DNA from: Balanoglossus misakiensis
Lineage: Eukaryota > Animalia > Hemichordata
NCBI GenBank assembly: GCA_040954595.2
Contig: CM082591.2
Span: 6,801,082 to 6,865,081, forward strand
DNA: 64,000 bases
Direction of reading: 5' to 3'
Of this stretch, positions 1 to 12,694 are shown piece after piece. Position 1 is the first letter of the stretch; every line of letters begins with the position of its first letter. The translations under genes were made by a program, and so were the position numbers. The notes below the pieces were generated by a model, which worked only from the letters and a program-made list of their open reading frames with translations, searched no databases and was not told the DNA's origin.

Positions 1-623
1 TAAAATATAGCGCATGTTTTGTCAGTAAGACCTATCAGTAATATTCTGATAGAACACATCAAATTGAAAGTCTGATATCGAATGTGTTAACGAATGTAAC
101 ACATACTGATGACATGACACATTGAGGTTTCAGAACCTAATTCGGTTATCGGTAAGCGATAACTAGGCCTGAAATTGAGCTGACATTTCGAGTGATTTGA
201 TTTCCATCGTCATTGGAGACGAAAGGGGCTGGCCGACGAAGCGTCAAGAATGTAGATCAAGCGTCGACCATGAATACATAGACCTGTTCAATCACAAACA
301 TCCCGTGTGAAACACGCCGATGCGGAACGGTATAGCAAGTGCAACAGGATGTCGCTTCTACGGCTTCAACATGAAGCCGCCTTGCTATGATTTTGCTGCA
401 CGTAGAAACTGAAGTGTGTCTTGGACTGTCAATGTAGCTACTGGTATATACACGCACGTTTATACTTGTGGCAAACGTTTACATTCTAGCTCTATTTATT
501 GCAAGCTTTTCTTCATCAAACGCCTTCATGGAAATTCCTTATGAATCTAGTGATGTGCCCTTCTGTTACCTCGTATTCTGATTTAAGATGGATTCTCAAT
601 AATTAATTCGCCTGCTTGCCAGC

Positions 624-624
<1 letters not shown>

Positions 625-657
<33 letters not shown>

Positions 658-736
658 ATGTATGTATGTATGTATGTAGGTATGTATGTATGTATGTAGG
701 TATGTATGTATGTATGTGCGTGCGTGCGTGCGTGCA

Positions 737-761
<25 letters not shown>
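625..761. repeat. Compound microsatellite (TCTG)n(TATG)n(TGCG)n(TG)n
   Basis: Read directly from the sequence. Confidence 0.95.
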
Positions 762-767
<6 letters not shown>

Positions 768-976
768 GCCCACAGAGTCATCTTTCCTGTGTCAGTGTTG
801 ACAAACACCGTTTATAGTCAGATCAGTGAGCGGTATGTATTGCTGTGTGTTGAATTTGCAATTTAAACATGGCATCAATTACTAGACATCGAGGTAAAGA
901 ATACTGAATTTGACTGAGATACTTATCATGGTCGCTCGTCGTCGATGATATTTTTCAAGAATCCTTGGCTACTTAC

Positions 977-1081
977 GGCATCTTTGGAGGTTCCTACTCT
1001 CATATCCAGGGGCAGCAAGTCTTTCGAGTTCTTGTGTGTGAAGCCGACACCTGGCTGGCGGCGTCGTGGCTGTCGTTCCAT
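977..1081 (-). CDS. Putative first coding exon of an unidentified gene that continues off the left edge (MERQPRRRQPGVGFTHKNSKDLLPLDMRVGTSKDA)
   Basis: GACATGG start context, 35 open codons, then a perfect phase-0 donor GCC|GTAAGT. The exon lies in a locally CpG-rich patch. No homology recognised. Confidence 0.5.
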
Positions 1082-1540
1082 GTCGCGCGTGTCTGCTTCT
1101 TCTGTGCGCGCAGTTGGTGCGACTCTACATCAGATGTCAGCGACTCGACCGACTGACTGACTGACTGAATGACTGGCTTCCCCGGGCTTGTTTATGATAA
1201 ATACCGCGGTGATTGTGTGACGATAATCGAATCCCCGAAGATCTGTGTGACAAGAACAAATGAAGGGGGAAATAACAGCAGGAAGAAAGTCTGTCCAATT
1301 ATCGAATACATGCCTCTCTCTTCACTCACAGCGCAGCTCATTTATGACAGCCTAATTATCCTCGCACACTCAAATGCCCCGCTCTATTCCCGGTTCAATT
1401 TCTAAAGTCGCGCTTTATATTCACATTCAATGATAGAAAGTGTGGTGTCTTCAGTTTTATTTCAAGGAGCAGCGCTAACGTTTCTGGTCTAGATTTTGTG
1501 TCAACGCGTGTCTTTCCAGATAATCATCCGAGATTGACCC

Positions 1541-1830
1541 GACAAAGTCTCTCTCTCGCTGCCCCTTTTCTATTAATTATGTTACTGTTTGTGTTATTCT
1601 ACATGTGGATATATAATGTAATCAACGTTCGACAACACACACCTTTCATCCCGCTTGTAGACACGAGAGTGAAAAACTCGCCAACATGAATAATCCGTCT
1701 CTACCATTTATATTTTGGCGAGAGATTTTACTCATACATCCGCATGTAGAATAACATAAACGGTGTCTTGTTTCAACATAATTAATGGAAAAGGGGCAGC
1801 GAGAGAGAGAGAGAGACTTTGTCCCTTTAA
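1541..1830. mobile_element. MITE family A copy (TIR AGGGACAAAGTCTCTCTCTCGCTGCCC, TTAA target; Kolobok-like), left end eroded
   Basis: Long inverted termini with right end GTCCCT|TTAA. Homologous copies at 5004-5358, 29247-29573 and ~42780-42921. Confidence 0.8.
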
Positions 1831-2628
1831 CCTTGTTGAATATTCAGATCTGTAGACTATAAGAGTTGAACACCATTACCGACGTCGCATTTGGATTGAT
1901 GGCACGATTGGATAAATTGGAAAGAAATGATATTTCGCCGGGTTTGCTTACACGCTGACGTTTGAAATACCGACACCTCATGTAATCATTGCCTGAAAAA
2001 CAATTTATTTTATTTTACCTTCATTATTCAGTTGTCACCTCATATTCAGAAACGACGTTACTCGTAAAATGTTCACATATACCCAGAGCAACTAACACGA
2101 AATTCATGCAAATGCCAAAAATCGTATGAATCGCATTCGGTATTGATTGTATAGTAATACATTGTGAAGTGTTAGATTTACGCATCTTGTTATTTATGGT
2201 TTCAATTTTAAATAATAAAAGAACAGAGAAGAGATTAAATTTGCAGTAGAATAACAGCTGCAACGGTCTAATATATTATGTCTAAAGAAACCTTGAATAC
2301 TAAAGTCTGCTTGAGGTTTCATTCGGAAACTACCTATATATTTGGTTAATAAGTCGACTGTGGTTTAGGCCCCATTACAGTGATTTGTGTGTTCGAGAGC
2401 GAGAAATGTTTTGACGTTTGAAATCCACGAGACACTAATATTTGAGTGTGAGAAAGCGCCGGCAGACACAAAAGCTGAACAGGACTCTACAGGGTATTAA
2501 TAATAATTGGCGATTCTGCCTCGTCACTAGCCAGAGATCCCCACCGAGTATATATATTAAGTTTGCGGCTATTTCTTTAGATTTTGCCAAATTAAAGTCC
2601 TTCTCAATATCTCCATCCTTTTGCGTCA

Positions 2629-2972
2629 TTAAAGTCCGTAGAGCCGCCAAATTTCACATATTTTTTCCACAAGAAAATACTTCAAAGCTTCTCCTTTAGA
2701 ATCTTCGCCATTAAGCCATATTACTTGCATTTGCTTCCTCAGTTTGTCAACTCTTGGCGACGCATACCACGATAGTTGCGTATAGTTTGTATGGAGGCTG
2801 ATTAAATGGGTGCGGCACCCGTTTAATACATAGCGTGTTCATATTGCAACATACAGCCACAATCGGGCATCGATAAGGTGTTCATGCATACCTATCAGTA
2901 AGCTCATTTAGATTGACAAATTTAAGTTGGAAATGAAAATAATGCAAACAATGGTAGCTCTAGAGGCTTTAA
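2629..2972. mobile_element. MITE family H copy (TIR ~AGCCTCTAGAGCTGCC, TTAA target)
   Basis: TTAA at both ends and inverted termini. Shared internal motif GCCAAATTTCACATATTTTTTCCACA also occurs at 39183-39534 and 48402-49058. Partial copies at ~3860-4200 and ~36930-37098. Confidence 0.75.
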
Positions 2973-3904
2973 AGGTGTGTTTTGCGAAGACGGGATACAG
3001 ATCGTTCCAGTAGGTAGGTGAACTTCAACCGTCTTCAAAGGTAACATCACATACAAAAGATTATATAAAGTGTGTCTGGTCGAGAATGTGAAGTCCTTTG
3101 ATCATCACTGTCAGATTTTGCAGTTAACGGCTTATGGTTGTTGACTTCGTATCATCATCTGTAAGATAGGCTGCAATCTTTTCTATTTTCTTACAGTTTC
3201 TATACGATATCGATCTCGAATGCTAACATAGACCTACCAAGTATTTTATATGTGTAATGACCATTGTTCTTGTTGACGAGTGAATTCCAGTCCGGCCTTG
3301 AATCCAATTTTCCCACAACAACAAGGCTGATTATACTGTCACATAATTGTGGCTGTGTGGATAAGCTAAATACAAGAACCTAGCTTCTGCGTGCGACAGT
3401 GTTAGGGATGGGATTCACGTTTATTGATTGTGTCGAACTGTATTTTCTAAACAGTCGGCGATACTTCCTGTATTTTAGAAGAATCTCTTTATATAATGGT
3501 GCGTGGAAAGACATTCTTTCCTTCACAGATCTGTAATAGGTACATGTTTCTAAGAATTGTTGTTCATATCAGACATATAATAGGTTTTCAGTGATAACGT
3601 ATGTAATAGTAGATCAGAGCTTTGCCAAATTATACATGGTGCGTTCATTTCTATTTATTCTAGGTTGACAACCTTGTTTTTCATCTACAGTAATGATGTA
3701 CCATTATATCTTAATATGTGTAATTGCTACATATTTGTGATAATCACACAAGTACAGCGCAGCCAGGGAGATTATTACTACTCGAATTCACTGTCCAATT
3801 ATTGCCAATGAGCTTGACCATACGAAGACGACGACGATGATGACGGCGGCGAGACTGATAAATAAATGGGTGTGGCACCCGTTTATTTTTAACGTGTTCA
3901 TGTA

Positions 3905-4116
3905 TACTGTAAAACACTTTATTTCCGCGAGTTAAAATTTTTGCGATATCGAGAGAGGCCACTGTTTCGCGAGTATTAATTTTCGCTTTCTCTCATTTCA
4001 TTCACTGCATCGTTATCTTCAAAAAAAATTTACGCGACTTTTTATTTTCACGCTATTTTGGCTCTCGCGTATTTCGCGAAAATTTATTGCTCGCGAAAAT
4101 AAAGTGTTTTACAGTA
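3905..4116. mobile_element. MITE family F (TA-flanked, TIR CTGTAAAACACTTTATTT; Tc1/pogo-like), nested in a family H remnant
   Basis: TA|CTGTAAAACAC...GTGTTTTACAG|TA. Near-identical copies at 38877-39085, ~41880-42085 and 47952-48164. Confidence 0.85.
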
Positions 4117-4813
4117 TTTAAATGCTCAGCCACAATCAGAGGTTGATAAAATGCGTGTGTACACCCAACATTTAAAATCATGAAAATAATTCAAAAATTG
4201 GCAATTGAACAATTGTAAAGAAAGTGAAAAAATAGCGAAACATGGTTTGCAGTATGAAAAGTCTCTTTCCAAAATTGTCCGTTCGTCAAAAATATGTCAC
4301 AGTGTATTCACAAAAACACCAGTACAACGAACAGTGTTCGTTGTGACAGTATACTTGACGGTTCAGTTGGCTATTTTACCTGTAGGAGAAATGCAATTGT
4401 TTTTCCTGGATGTTACGTAAGTGTTTCAAGTTAAATATCCCTGTGTTCTAATCAGACACGGTAGAGTCGAAGTTGACACTTCGCGACCTGTCTTATTTTC
4501 CTAACCGTTAATTCTATAGATGGGCAGTTCTAAAAGGATGGACGTTGGCATGGCAACCGAACCCTTTAGCGTCGCGTTAGTTGGGCTTGGCGCACCACGT
4601 GTCTACGACTCCCTTGTGCGGAATTTCCTGTCATTTCTGCAGATCGTATCTCATTTGGGTCAGTGTCATCTTTTGCCATCCTCTCACAATTTATTGGAGA
4701 TAATAATCGAACAAATGGCTTCTCGTTCGGCTGCAAAGTGCTTTAATTGAAATTGTGTCGATAACACTTGACCTTTACTTGACCTTGAATTTTTCCGTTC
4801 GATTTTTTTGGAA

Positions 4814-5007
4814 TTAAAGGTACACGGTCACCTATGGAAGTTTAGCTACAGTTACCATGGTAAATTTGAGATCTAGCCAATCACAGAGTTTCAGTGGGTG
4901 GCACACGCGAACAAAAGAGCGCCACCATATGTTCTTTAGGACACTCAAATACGCCATTTCAGCCATATATGGGCGTATGTAAATTAGGGGTGACCGTGTA
5001 CCTTTAA
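4814..5007. mobile_element. MITE family B (TIR AGGTACACGGTCACC, TTAA target; Kolobok-like)
   Basis: TTAA|AGGTACACGGTCACC...GGTGACCGTGTACCT|TTAA. A second, inverted copy lies at ~28391-28587. Confidence 0.85.
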
Positions 5008-5358
5008 AGGGACAAAGTCTCTCCCTCGTTGCCCTTTATTCAATTGGTTATGTTTGATACAAGACACCTTTATGTTATTCTACATTGTGGACACAAAGTG
5101 ATCAACGTTCAACCACACACAACTTCCATCCAACTTGTAGACACAAGAGTGAAACACTTGCCAAAATGAATAATCGGTGTTTACCATTTATTCATTTTGG
5201 CGGGATTTTTACTCTCATATCCTACAAACAGGATGGCAGTTGTATGTGGTCAAACATCGATTCACTATATATCCACATGTAGAATAACATAAACGATGTC
5301 TTGTATCAAACATACTTCATGGAAAAAGGGCAGCGAGAGAGAGACTTTGTCCCTTTAA
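5004..5358. mobile_element. MITE family A, full-length copy
   Basis: TTAA|AGGGACAAAGTCTCTC...GAGAGACTTTGTCCCT|TTAA. It shares its left TTAA with the family B copy. Confidence 0.9.
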
Positions 5359-5484
5359 GGAAAAAGCATGGACGTTGTTCTTAAATTCTGTTTTAAGTTT
5401 TCAAAAGGATATATAGGACACTGTACTAGTCTTTGGGTGGTTTGTCTCAAGTGTATCGAATGAGGGGTCTTACATAGGTATGCT

Positions 5485-5589
5485 GGCAGACAGACAGAAA
5501 GGCAGGTAGGCAGACAGACAGACAGACAGACAGAAAGGCAGGCAGACAGACAGACAGACAGGCAGACAGACAGGCAGACAGACATACAT

Positions 5590-5650
<61 letters not shown>

Positions 5651-5682
5651 AAGGCAGGCAGACAGACAGGCAGGCAGGCAGG

Positions 5683-5718
<36 letters not shown>

Positions 5719-6058
5719 ATGGCATGCAGACAGACAGGCAGGCAGGCAGACAAACAGACAGACAGACAGAATGGCATGCAGACAGACAGGCAGGCAGGCA
5801 GACAGACAGACAGACAGACAGAAAGGCAGGCAGACAGACAGGCAGACAGACAGACAGACAGACAGACAGGCAGACAGACTGGCAGGCAGACAGACAGGCA
5901 GGCAGACAGACAGGCAGACAGGCAGGCAGGCAGACAGGCAGGCAGACAGACAGGCAGGCAGACATGCAGGCAGGCAGACAGACAGGCATACAGACAGGCA
6001 GGCAGACAGAAAGGCAGGCAGACAGACAGACAGGCAGACAGACAGGCAGGCAGGCAGG

Positions 6059-6102
<44 letters not shown>

Positions 6103-6224
6103 AAGGCAAGCAGACAGACAGGCAGGCAGGCAGACAGACATACAGACAGACAGACAGACAGAAAGGCAAGCAGACAGACAGGCAGGCAGGCAGACAGACA
6201 TACAGACAGAAAGGCAGACAGACT

Positions 6225-6308
<84 letters not shown>

Positions 6309-6503
6309 GGAAGACAGGCAGGCAGGCAGACAGACAGACAGACAGACAGACAGGCAGGCAGACAGACAGACTGGCAGGCAGGCAGGCAGGCAGACAGACA
6401 GACATGCAGGCAGGCAGGCAGGCAGGCAGACAGACAGACAGGCAGACAGAAAGGCAGGCAGGCAGGCAGGCAGACAGACAGGCAGGCAGACAGACATACA
6501 GAC
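5485..6503. repeat. ~1-kb compound (GACA/GGCA)n tetranucleotide microsatellite
   Basis: Read directly. It accounts for the six low-complexity ORFs at 5355-6651. Confidence 0.97.
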
Positions 6504-7444
6504 AGTTTATATAGACCATACAGCAACAGGCAAAGTCGCAACGCGTAAACCTCGAGGAGTAATGCAGTTCCTAAAAAGGGTTTACATTCATACACACCAC
6601 TGTAATACAGTCTATCTTTCCCGCCACTCCCTATTGAAAATCACAACCTAGCTAGTCGTGTCTTCTTCTGAAGTCAGAGGGTCTGAATGTGCCACAAGCA
6701 AATGACATTGTAAGATAAAAACCAAGATCCAGAGCAACAAGGTGATTCCCAAAGCAAATCAGTTACGGCATGCACTTGCATAGACCTTTCTTTAACGCTC
6801 TGTTCTTGAACTCTCGACCTCCAAATCAGGAATCAAAGCCTAAGGGGACGATTCTAATTGGTTTTCGAATGTGATTTCAAAACTATCTGAGATGAATGTG
6901 GAATTTGGAAAGACTTGTTTCAGCATGGCTTATTATGCTTCAGATACTGAAATTTGAAATTACAACGTACTGTATACAAAAGATATGTTAGTGGAGTTGT
7001 TATGACCGTCCGGCAAAGTTAATAAGTGTGACCAAAATACGCGACATAATAAACAACCCATTGCATAAAAAAACATTCAACGTGTATAAGGTTCACTGCT
7101 ATATGTTCATAACATCATAAGCTTGGATATGGCCAATAAGTATTTTTCGGCGAATAAAATTTGATGTTATCTTCGGAGCATTTATTTTCGGTTTTACAAT
7201 GACCTCATAGCAGGGAGTTCGACAAACCGTAGTTTCGGATTAAAACAGACCGACAAAACAACTTTGAGGCCAATTTTGGATGCGATTAATTTATATCAGA
7301 ACGCGTGACATGTACTATATACACGTTAAACCTCTACAACATGGGTGAATGTGACGTCTAACTATCGTTCTCTGCCTCTGTCTGTCTCCCTGACTGACTC
7401 TATGTCTAATTTTATATGTCTACCCAACATGTTGTATGTATGCT

Positions 7445-7687
7445 TTAAAGTGAAGGGGTCGTCGCGCCGCGTTTGTTAGTTTATAAACATTACAATTCAT
7501 CCACAAATCCCTGAAATTAGATCATTCTTAGAATGAACCAATCAGCCAACTGTAGTGTAGACTGGGCATGGCAGCAACTGAAGATCCTAGTAGGTCGTGA
7601 CGACTGCAGTGAGGTTTGTGCTGATATGGGAGGACATATTCTCATCAAGGGGGACACCCACGCTGCGCGACGACCCATTCCCTTTAA
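7445..7687. mobile_element. MITE family C (TTAA target, TIR ~AGTGAAGGGGTCGTCGCGC)
   Basis: TTAA|AGTGAAGGGGTCGTCGCGC...GCGCGACGACCCATTCCCT|TTAA. Confidence 0.7.
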
Positions 7688-9031
7688 TATCTAGGCCCTA
7701 TATTAAACTGAATGCTTGTGCCACGCTATTCAGACTGACCTATACTACAACATAAGCGAGTCGGTCGTATCAGAGTCTTTGAATAGGGAAAGCTGAAGAT
7801 ACCGCGCATACAATCTCCCAAAGACTCTGAATTCGCAATCGGATCTCCTCGGGGCATTTCCCGCTTTTTTGAGAGTCACCAAGGTAACCAGCTAGCCCCA
7901 GGCCCCACCTTATCAGTCCATTATCACGATTAAAACGCACATACCTGCTTTTCGGAAAGATTTTTTCTCCCTCTGTTTCGGATTTTTGCTATCAAGGCCA
8001 TTCAGCGTTCATCTTGTGTGCGTGACGAACAGTCTGTGTAAGCTGGCGGGGATTACGACAGAACGAATCCACATCCAGATAATGACAACCCTTTGGGATA
8101 TAGAATCACTAGCTATCATTAAAAGATAACGCCCTCATCGGTAAAAAGAGTCACAAAAGGGAGTACACACAGGCGATTTCTACTTTCTGTAATGATTACG
8201 CTTCTATCAATTTTCCATCCTTATAATTTATATTTCCAACAAGTACCCAGGCAAAATATCTCAATAATTCATGCATAGAGGATTTCTCATGCGGTGATAT
8301 CGATGCGAAAGGCGCGTTCGAACACGCTTTACCAAGCTATGATTAAGTCATTCCCCAGATATGCCATTGAAAATTGACATGTTGTACACGGTTACGAAAT
8401 ACACACCTGGGCATCAGGTATAGGTTTTTTTCCGAGTTCTCCGATTATATATTTGGGGCGTAAGTGATTATCTGACCGATCCTAATGAATATAGGTCTTG
8501 ACGGCCTCTCTTTCTCTCTCACTCTTTCTTTCTTTCTGTCTGTCTGTCTGTCTGGCCTCCCTCCCCTCTCTCTTTCTCAACTTTTCTCTCATTTTTCGAC
8601 ATAAATTCTAGGAGCTTTTATCCGAAATTAACTTTGACAATTTCGTATAATTGAAGTTAAAATACAACGCGAAGTGAGACGGAGAGGTGTTAGCAGGAGA
8701 GAACCGAAATACTGTCTTCAGATATAGTGTTAAATGCGAAGTCAAAACAAGTTGCCGATAAACACAGGGAGAGATTAAATTTTACATCACGTCAAAGATT
8801 TGTAAAAATCCGCAACCTACCTTGCGCACACCGCACTGACGGAAATATGGATGTCACCGTGTACTGGCGTTGCTTTTGTCTCACAAAAGGACGCCCTCTC
8901 ACGGTTGCCCTTTGTCACGTGAGTGATAAAATCTTCTTGACGCATGCTCATGATCATGTTGCTCAAGAATGTAGTCACCAGAACTAATGAACGACGCAGC
9001 AAGAACTCCATCAACGAGAACACAAGCCTTT

Positions 9032-10209
9032 TAGTGCAGGAGCTAAACCCCAAATTTTGGCATAATTGTGCACTTTGGGTTAAAAGCATGAAACTTGGTA
9101 CACTTATGCATTGACCCATGGCGGCCATTTTCTGATATGGATCCAAAATGACAGCGCCCTCTAGTGGCCAGAAACAGACATTCTTACTTTAAAATTGTGC
9201 ACTTCGGGTTAAAAGCATGAAATTTGGTACAATTATTCATTGACCAATGGCGGACATTTTCCAATATGGATCCAAAATGACAGCGCCCTCTAGTGGCTAG
9301 AAACTGACATTTACACTTTTCCCCCCCATTAATGACACTGTTTGGGCAAGTTTAACACTCAGAGACAGGAATGTGGGTTGTAAAACATGCTTGCTGCCAT
9401 ACATCCCTTTGAATATTATCCTAATACTGATGTACATGTATCAGATCAATCTTGTATGTTACTAATTGAACGATTTGTTCTTCGAAATAACAGAACCAGT
9501 TGACTACACAAAGTCATGCAAAGGGGTAAGACAACACCTCTTCTCCAGAAAGTCAAGGGTTCTTGAGAATTTTCCTTCTTCACATGTAGCTCTTAAAGAA
9601 CATGTGCTATGAGAAACCTTTACAAAGCTATATCAAACCAATAGAATCCCAGTGGAAATCAAGTTGGACAACTCTTAGTCAAGCCCGAGAAAAGAGTCAA
9701 CCTCAGGAAATCAGTTGCCAAAAGTCATGCACATGTTTCTGTAGGTGCTTTAGGTCTAGTCTGACAGCAGTGGTCATTGTTACTGTGAAGGAAGATGTCA
9801 TCAAGATTGATCTGATACATGTATATCAGGATTAGGATAATATACACATGAATCTATGGTAGCAAGCATGTTTTACAACCCACATTCCTGTTTCAAGTGT
9901 TACAAATGACCAAAAAGTGCCATTATTGGGGGGAAAGTGTGAATGTCAGTTTCTGGCCACAAGAGGGCGCTGTCAGTTTGGATCCATATCATAAAATGGC
10001 CGCCATGGGTCAATGCATAAGTGTACCAAGTTTCAGGCTTTTAACCCGAAGTGCACGGTTTTTAGTATGAATGTCTGTTTTTGGCCTCTAGAGGGCGCTG
10101 TCATTTTGGATCCATATCAAAAAATGACCGCCATGGGTCAATGCATAAGTGTACCAAGTTTCATGCTTTTAACCCAAAGTGCACGATTTTTTGGTTAACT
10201 GCCCCACTA
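9032..10209. mobile_element. 1.18-kb non-autonomous foldback DNA transposon (Academ-like: TAG...CTA termini, TTT duplication, ~420-bp TIRs with internal ~128-bp tandem units)
   Basis: Left arm 9032-~9450 is the reverse complement of ~9805-10209. The flanks read TTT|TAG and CTA|TTT. The superfamily is inferred from termini and TSD length only. Confidence 0.8.
9152..10100. promoter_or_regulatory. Four CTCF-consensus-like motifs: 9152-9170 (-), 9281-9299 (-), 9954-9972 (+), 10082-10100 (+)
   Basis: TGGCCACTAGAGGGCGCTG and variants, compared with the CTCF consensus TGGCCACCAGGGGGCGCTA. Binding has not been shown. Confidence 0.6.
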
Positions 10210-10210
10210 T

Positions 10211-10303
10211 TTAACCCTTTCGCCCCCAGTCCCCTCTATAGAGGTCCAACTTTACCATAGAAAAGAATTTATTTGGACCAAACCATGTTGGTGAATAGGT
10301 TAA
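10211..10303. mobile_element. ~90-bp piggyBac-like MITE family E (TTAA|CCCTTTC...GGG|TTAA)
   Basis: Copies at ~23705-23813, ~24366-24457 and 63107-63200 share CATGGTTCAGTCCAAACCCATTGTTTT. Confidence 0.75.
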
Positions 10304-11604
10304 AGGATCTTTAACGAAACTGGTATTGTTTATTGTTCTGTAAGCTTGTCGTTACTGATGTTACCGCTGTTCGACAACAAAGATATTCACATCCACACTT
10401 CTGCGTAGGTGCGGGGTCTACTCCAGCCTTATGTCATAAAACACAAAAGAGGGTCCATGTTATTGCTAGGCGGAAATTAAATAAACGCGCCACCTTGTAA
10501 TTCGTTTAAATTTGGTGGTGACATCCAACTTATAGCCCATAATGTTTGTCCATTCACAAGGGACATTTTTCATCAGAACTGTAACTGTGAAGTATCGCTT
10601 ACGATTTTTATGAGATTGGGCTAAGAACAATAGGTGTTGTGACAGGTCCCTCGTGATACGTTTCGCTCCTTTGTTATGCTGTAAATGAAATCAGTATAAT
10701 TAATTCTGTATAAATGCGAGAGAATAAGTTGGTAGATACTAGTAGATGGTAACTGATAGGGTAGAGAGAGAGACGGACATACATCGGAAACACTTCAACA
10801 CGTAGTCTTGGCCGAGGCGGTCTGGCCAAGGCACAGGCGAAGTATGCGTCCGTCACGATACATCTTATCATGACGATGGTTGTTGTTTCTTTATTTTTTG
10901 TTTCTTTTTTGTTTGTTTATCGTGACGGACTCCCACTTCGCCTGTGGCCAAGGGTCTGGTCTTGGCCACTTTAGGCAGTTAAGTCGAGGCACTCCAACTC
11001 GACACGTTGTCGTCCTGGTGCACAGTTTTTCACCTTTTCCCGAGAGATATGACACTTACATATTTACTTGTCCTCTCCGTTCGTCAAGTAGGCCTAAAAA
11101 CATTTACAGCCAACAGTACAGAAGCAACCCCTATGGTGGCCATTTTTATATGTTTCTCCTAAACTGTTGAACACACTGCTACTGGTCATCAGAGAATCTA
11201 CAAACCTAGAAACTTCCAAAAGTAAACTGAAACACACACATGCGCATAACATTTAGTGTGCGTCATAGAGCAACAGGGTGTTTTGGATTTTGGCGCTGTG
11301 TAAAGTTTGTTTATTGATTGATTGTTTGATTGATTGACTCGGTGTACGTAGACGAAAACAGGAAAGTTAATGACTCTTAGAGTGTTCAGATCTGCAGAGA
11401 CGGCTTCAATAAATAATGATAGATGGGGTCGCCAACCGAGGTTATCACACCAATGTACACCTATAATTGTTGACAAGGGGCGGCTTCAAGTAATTATAAG
11501 TGTAACTAGGTTAATGCAGTCTGACCTTCACGAACTTTGCTGATCCCGACACGTCCTTGAAACATTGCTTGTCCTGCTCTGGGACATGATGGCCGTGAGA
11601 AATT

Positions 11605-11952
11605 TTAAAGGGGCATTAGCCTACCTTCTGGCTTTAGTGTCAGTATATTTGGTCTGTGTACCATATGCACCTCTTTTTCTGCTCTTTTACAGCATGCAAA
11701 TATACCCAGCATTCCGCTTGTCAACATAGCCTGTATGTGACGGTCATTGTTGACAAATGAATTCTAGCCTGGACTAGAATACAAATTTTGCACAATAACA
11801 ATGCTGACTATTTACATATAGGTTATGTTAAATAAACCGAGAGGACACTGGGCATTCCATTATGTCTCAAGGAGTTGAACAGGAAATTGCAGTAGATACA
11901 CAAAACAGGCATACTGAAAACATAGCGAAAAGTTACATCTAATAGAGCTTAA
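11605..11952. mobile_element. MITE family D (TTAA|AGGGGCATTAGC terminus)
   Basis: Homologous copies at ~27626-27979 and 41095-41449, with fragments at ~3250-3380 and ~23860-24060. All share the GTCCGGACTAGAAT core. Confidence 0.7.
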
Positions 11953-12694
11953 ATGTCGACAGACAGAGAAGCTGCAAAGCGCAAGAAGGAAAAAATTGGC
12001 CAACAATTATTGGCGTCAATAACGGCAATGAGGACGGGACTACAATAATCAACCGTTTTATACGTTTTTGCGAAAGATCAGTATCGCCCGCTGTAAAGCT
12101 GCTGACATAGACCAACGTGAAGGCAACCAGTTGAGACAGGATTCATAAACACTCATGTAGACAGCAAGCTTCTGGGAATGATTAGTATTATGTAATTATG
12201 TTATGCACAGCTGATCCTTTATCATACAGGTATAAGCTTATTGCCTGTTGCCATGTTCTCATGTTCTCATAACGGATTATTCATCAATAATACTGAAAAT
12301 ATATTTTGGCGTTCACAGAGTGACCATTAAGATGTTTCTGAAATGTCCCCGGTCAAATACTGACATAAATGATTATGCGTGGACGGTTAAGTGGTCCCAA
12401 AACGTTTAAGATTTGAGACAGATTTGCCGGCCAGACCTGAACCAGTGTAAAGGATTAACACCTTTTCCGCAAGACGGAAACGCTGGAGCTGAGCGTCAGG
12501 GTGTATGTTTTAATTTTGAGTGTGTGGACACAAAACGACTTGAAAGTTTAATCATCTGTGTTTACAAAAGGCAAATAGTGTCACTGAATTGTTTCTATTT
12601 TTACTAGGTATATGACATGAGACCATTCAGAATGTTTACCAATCTCATCGACCGCATTCGCGCACGTGATCTCTGGTCGACACTCGACAGGCAC

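Noticed and set aside
2435-2699. Short ORFs with peptides recurring elsewhere ([10 protein letters not shown] here; others such as FAISREATV and [10 protein letters not shown] at other loci)
   Set aside because: Recurrence reflects non-coding MITE families H, F and A, not a protein family
5355-6651. Six long ORFs (151-382 aa) rich in SVCL/QTDR
   Set aside because: They are translations of a stop-free tetranucleotide microsatellite
7575-7612. CTGAAGATCCTAGTAGGTCGTGAC, a hammerhead-like core inside MITE C
   Set aside because: The GAAA core and cleavage site are missing, so it is too degenerate to call. The family consensus could still be checked.
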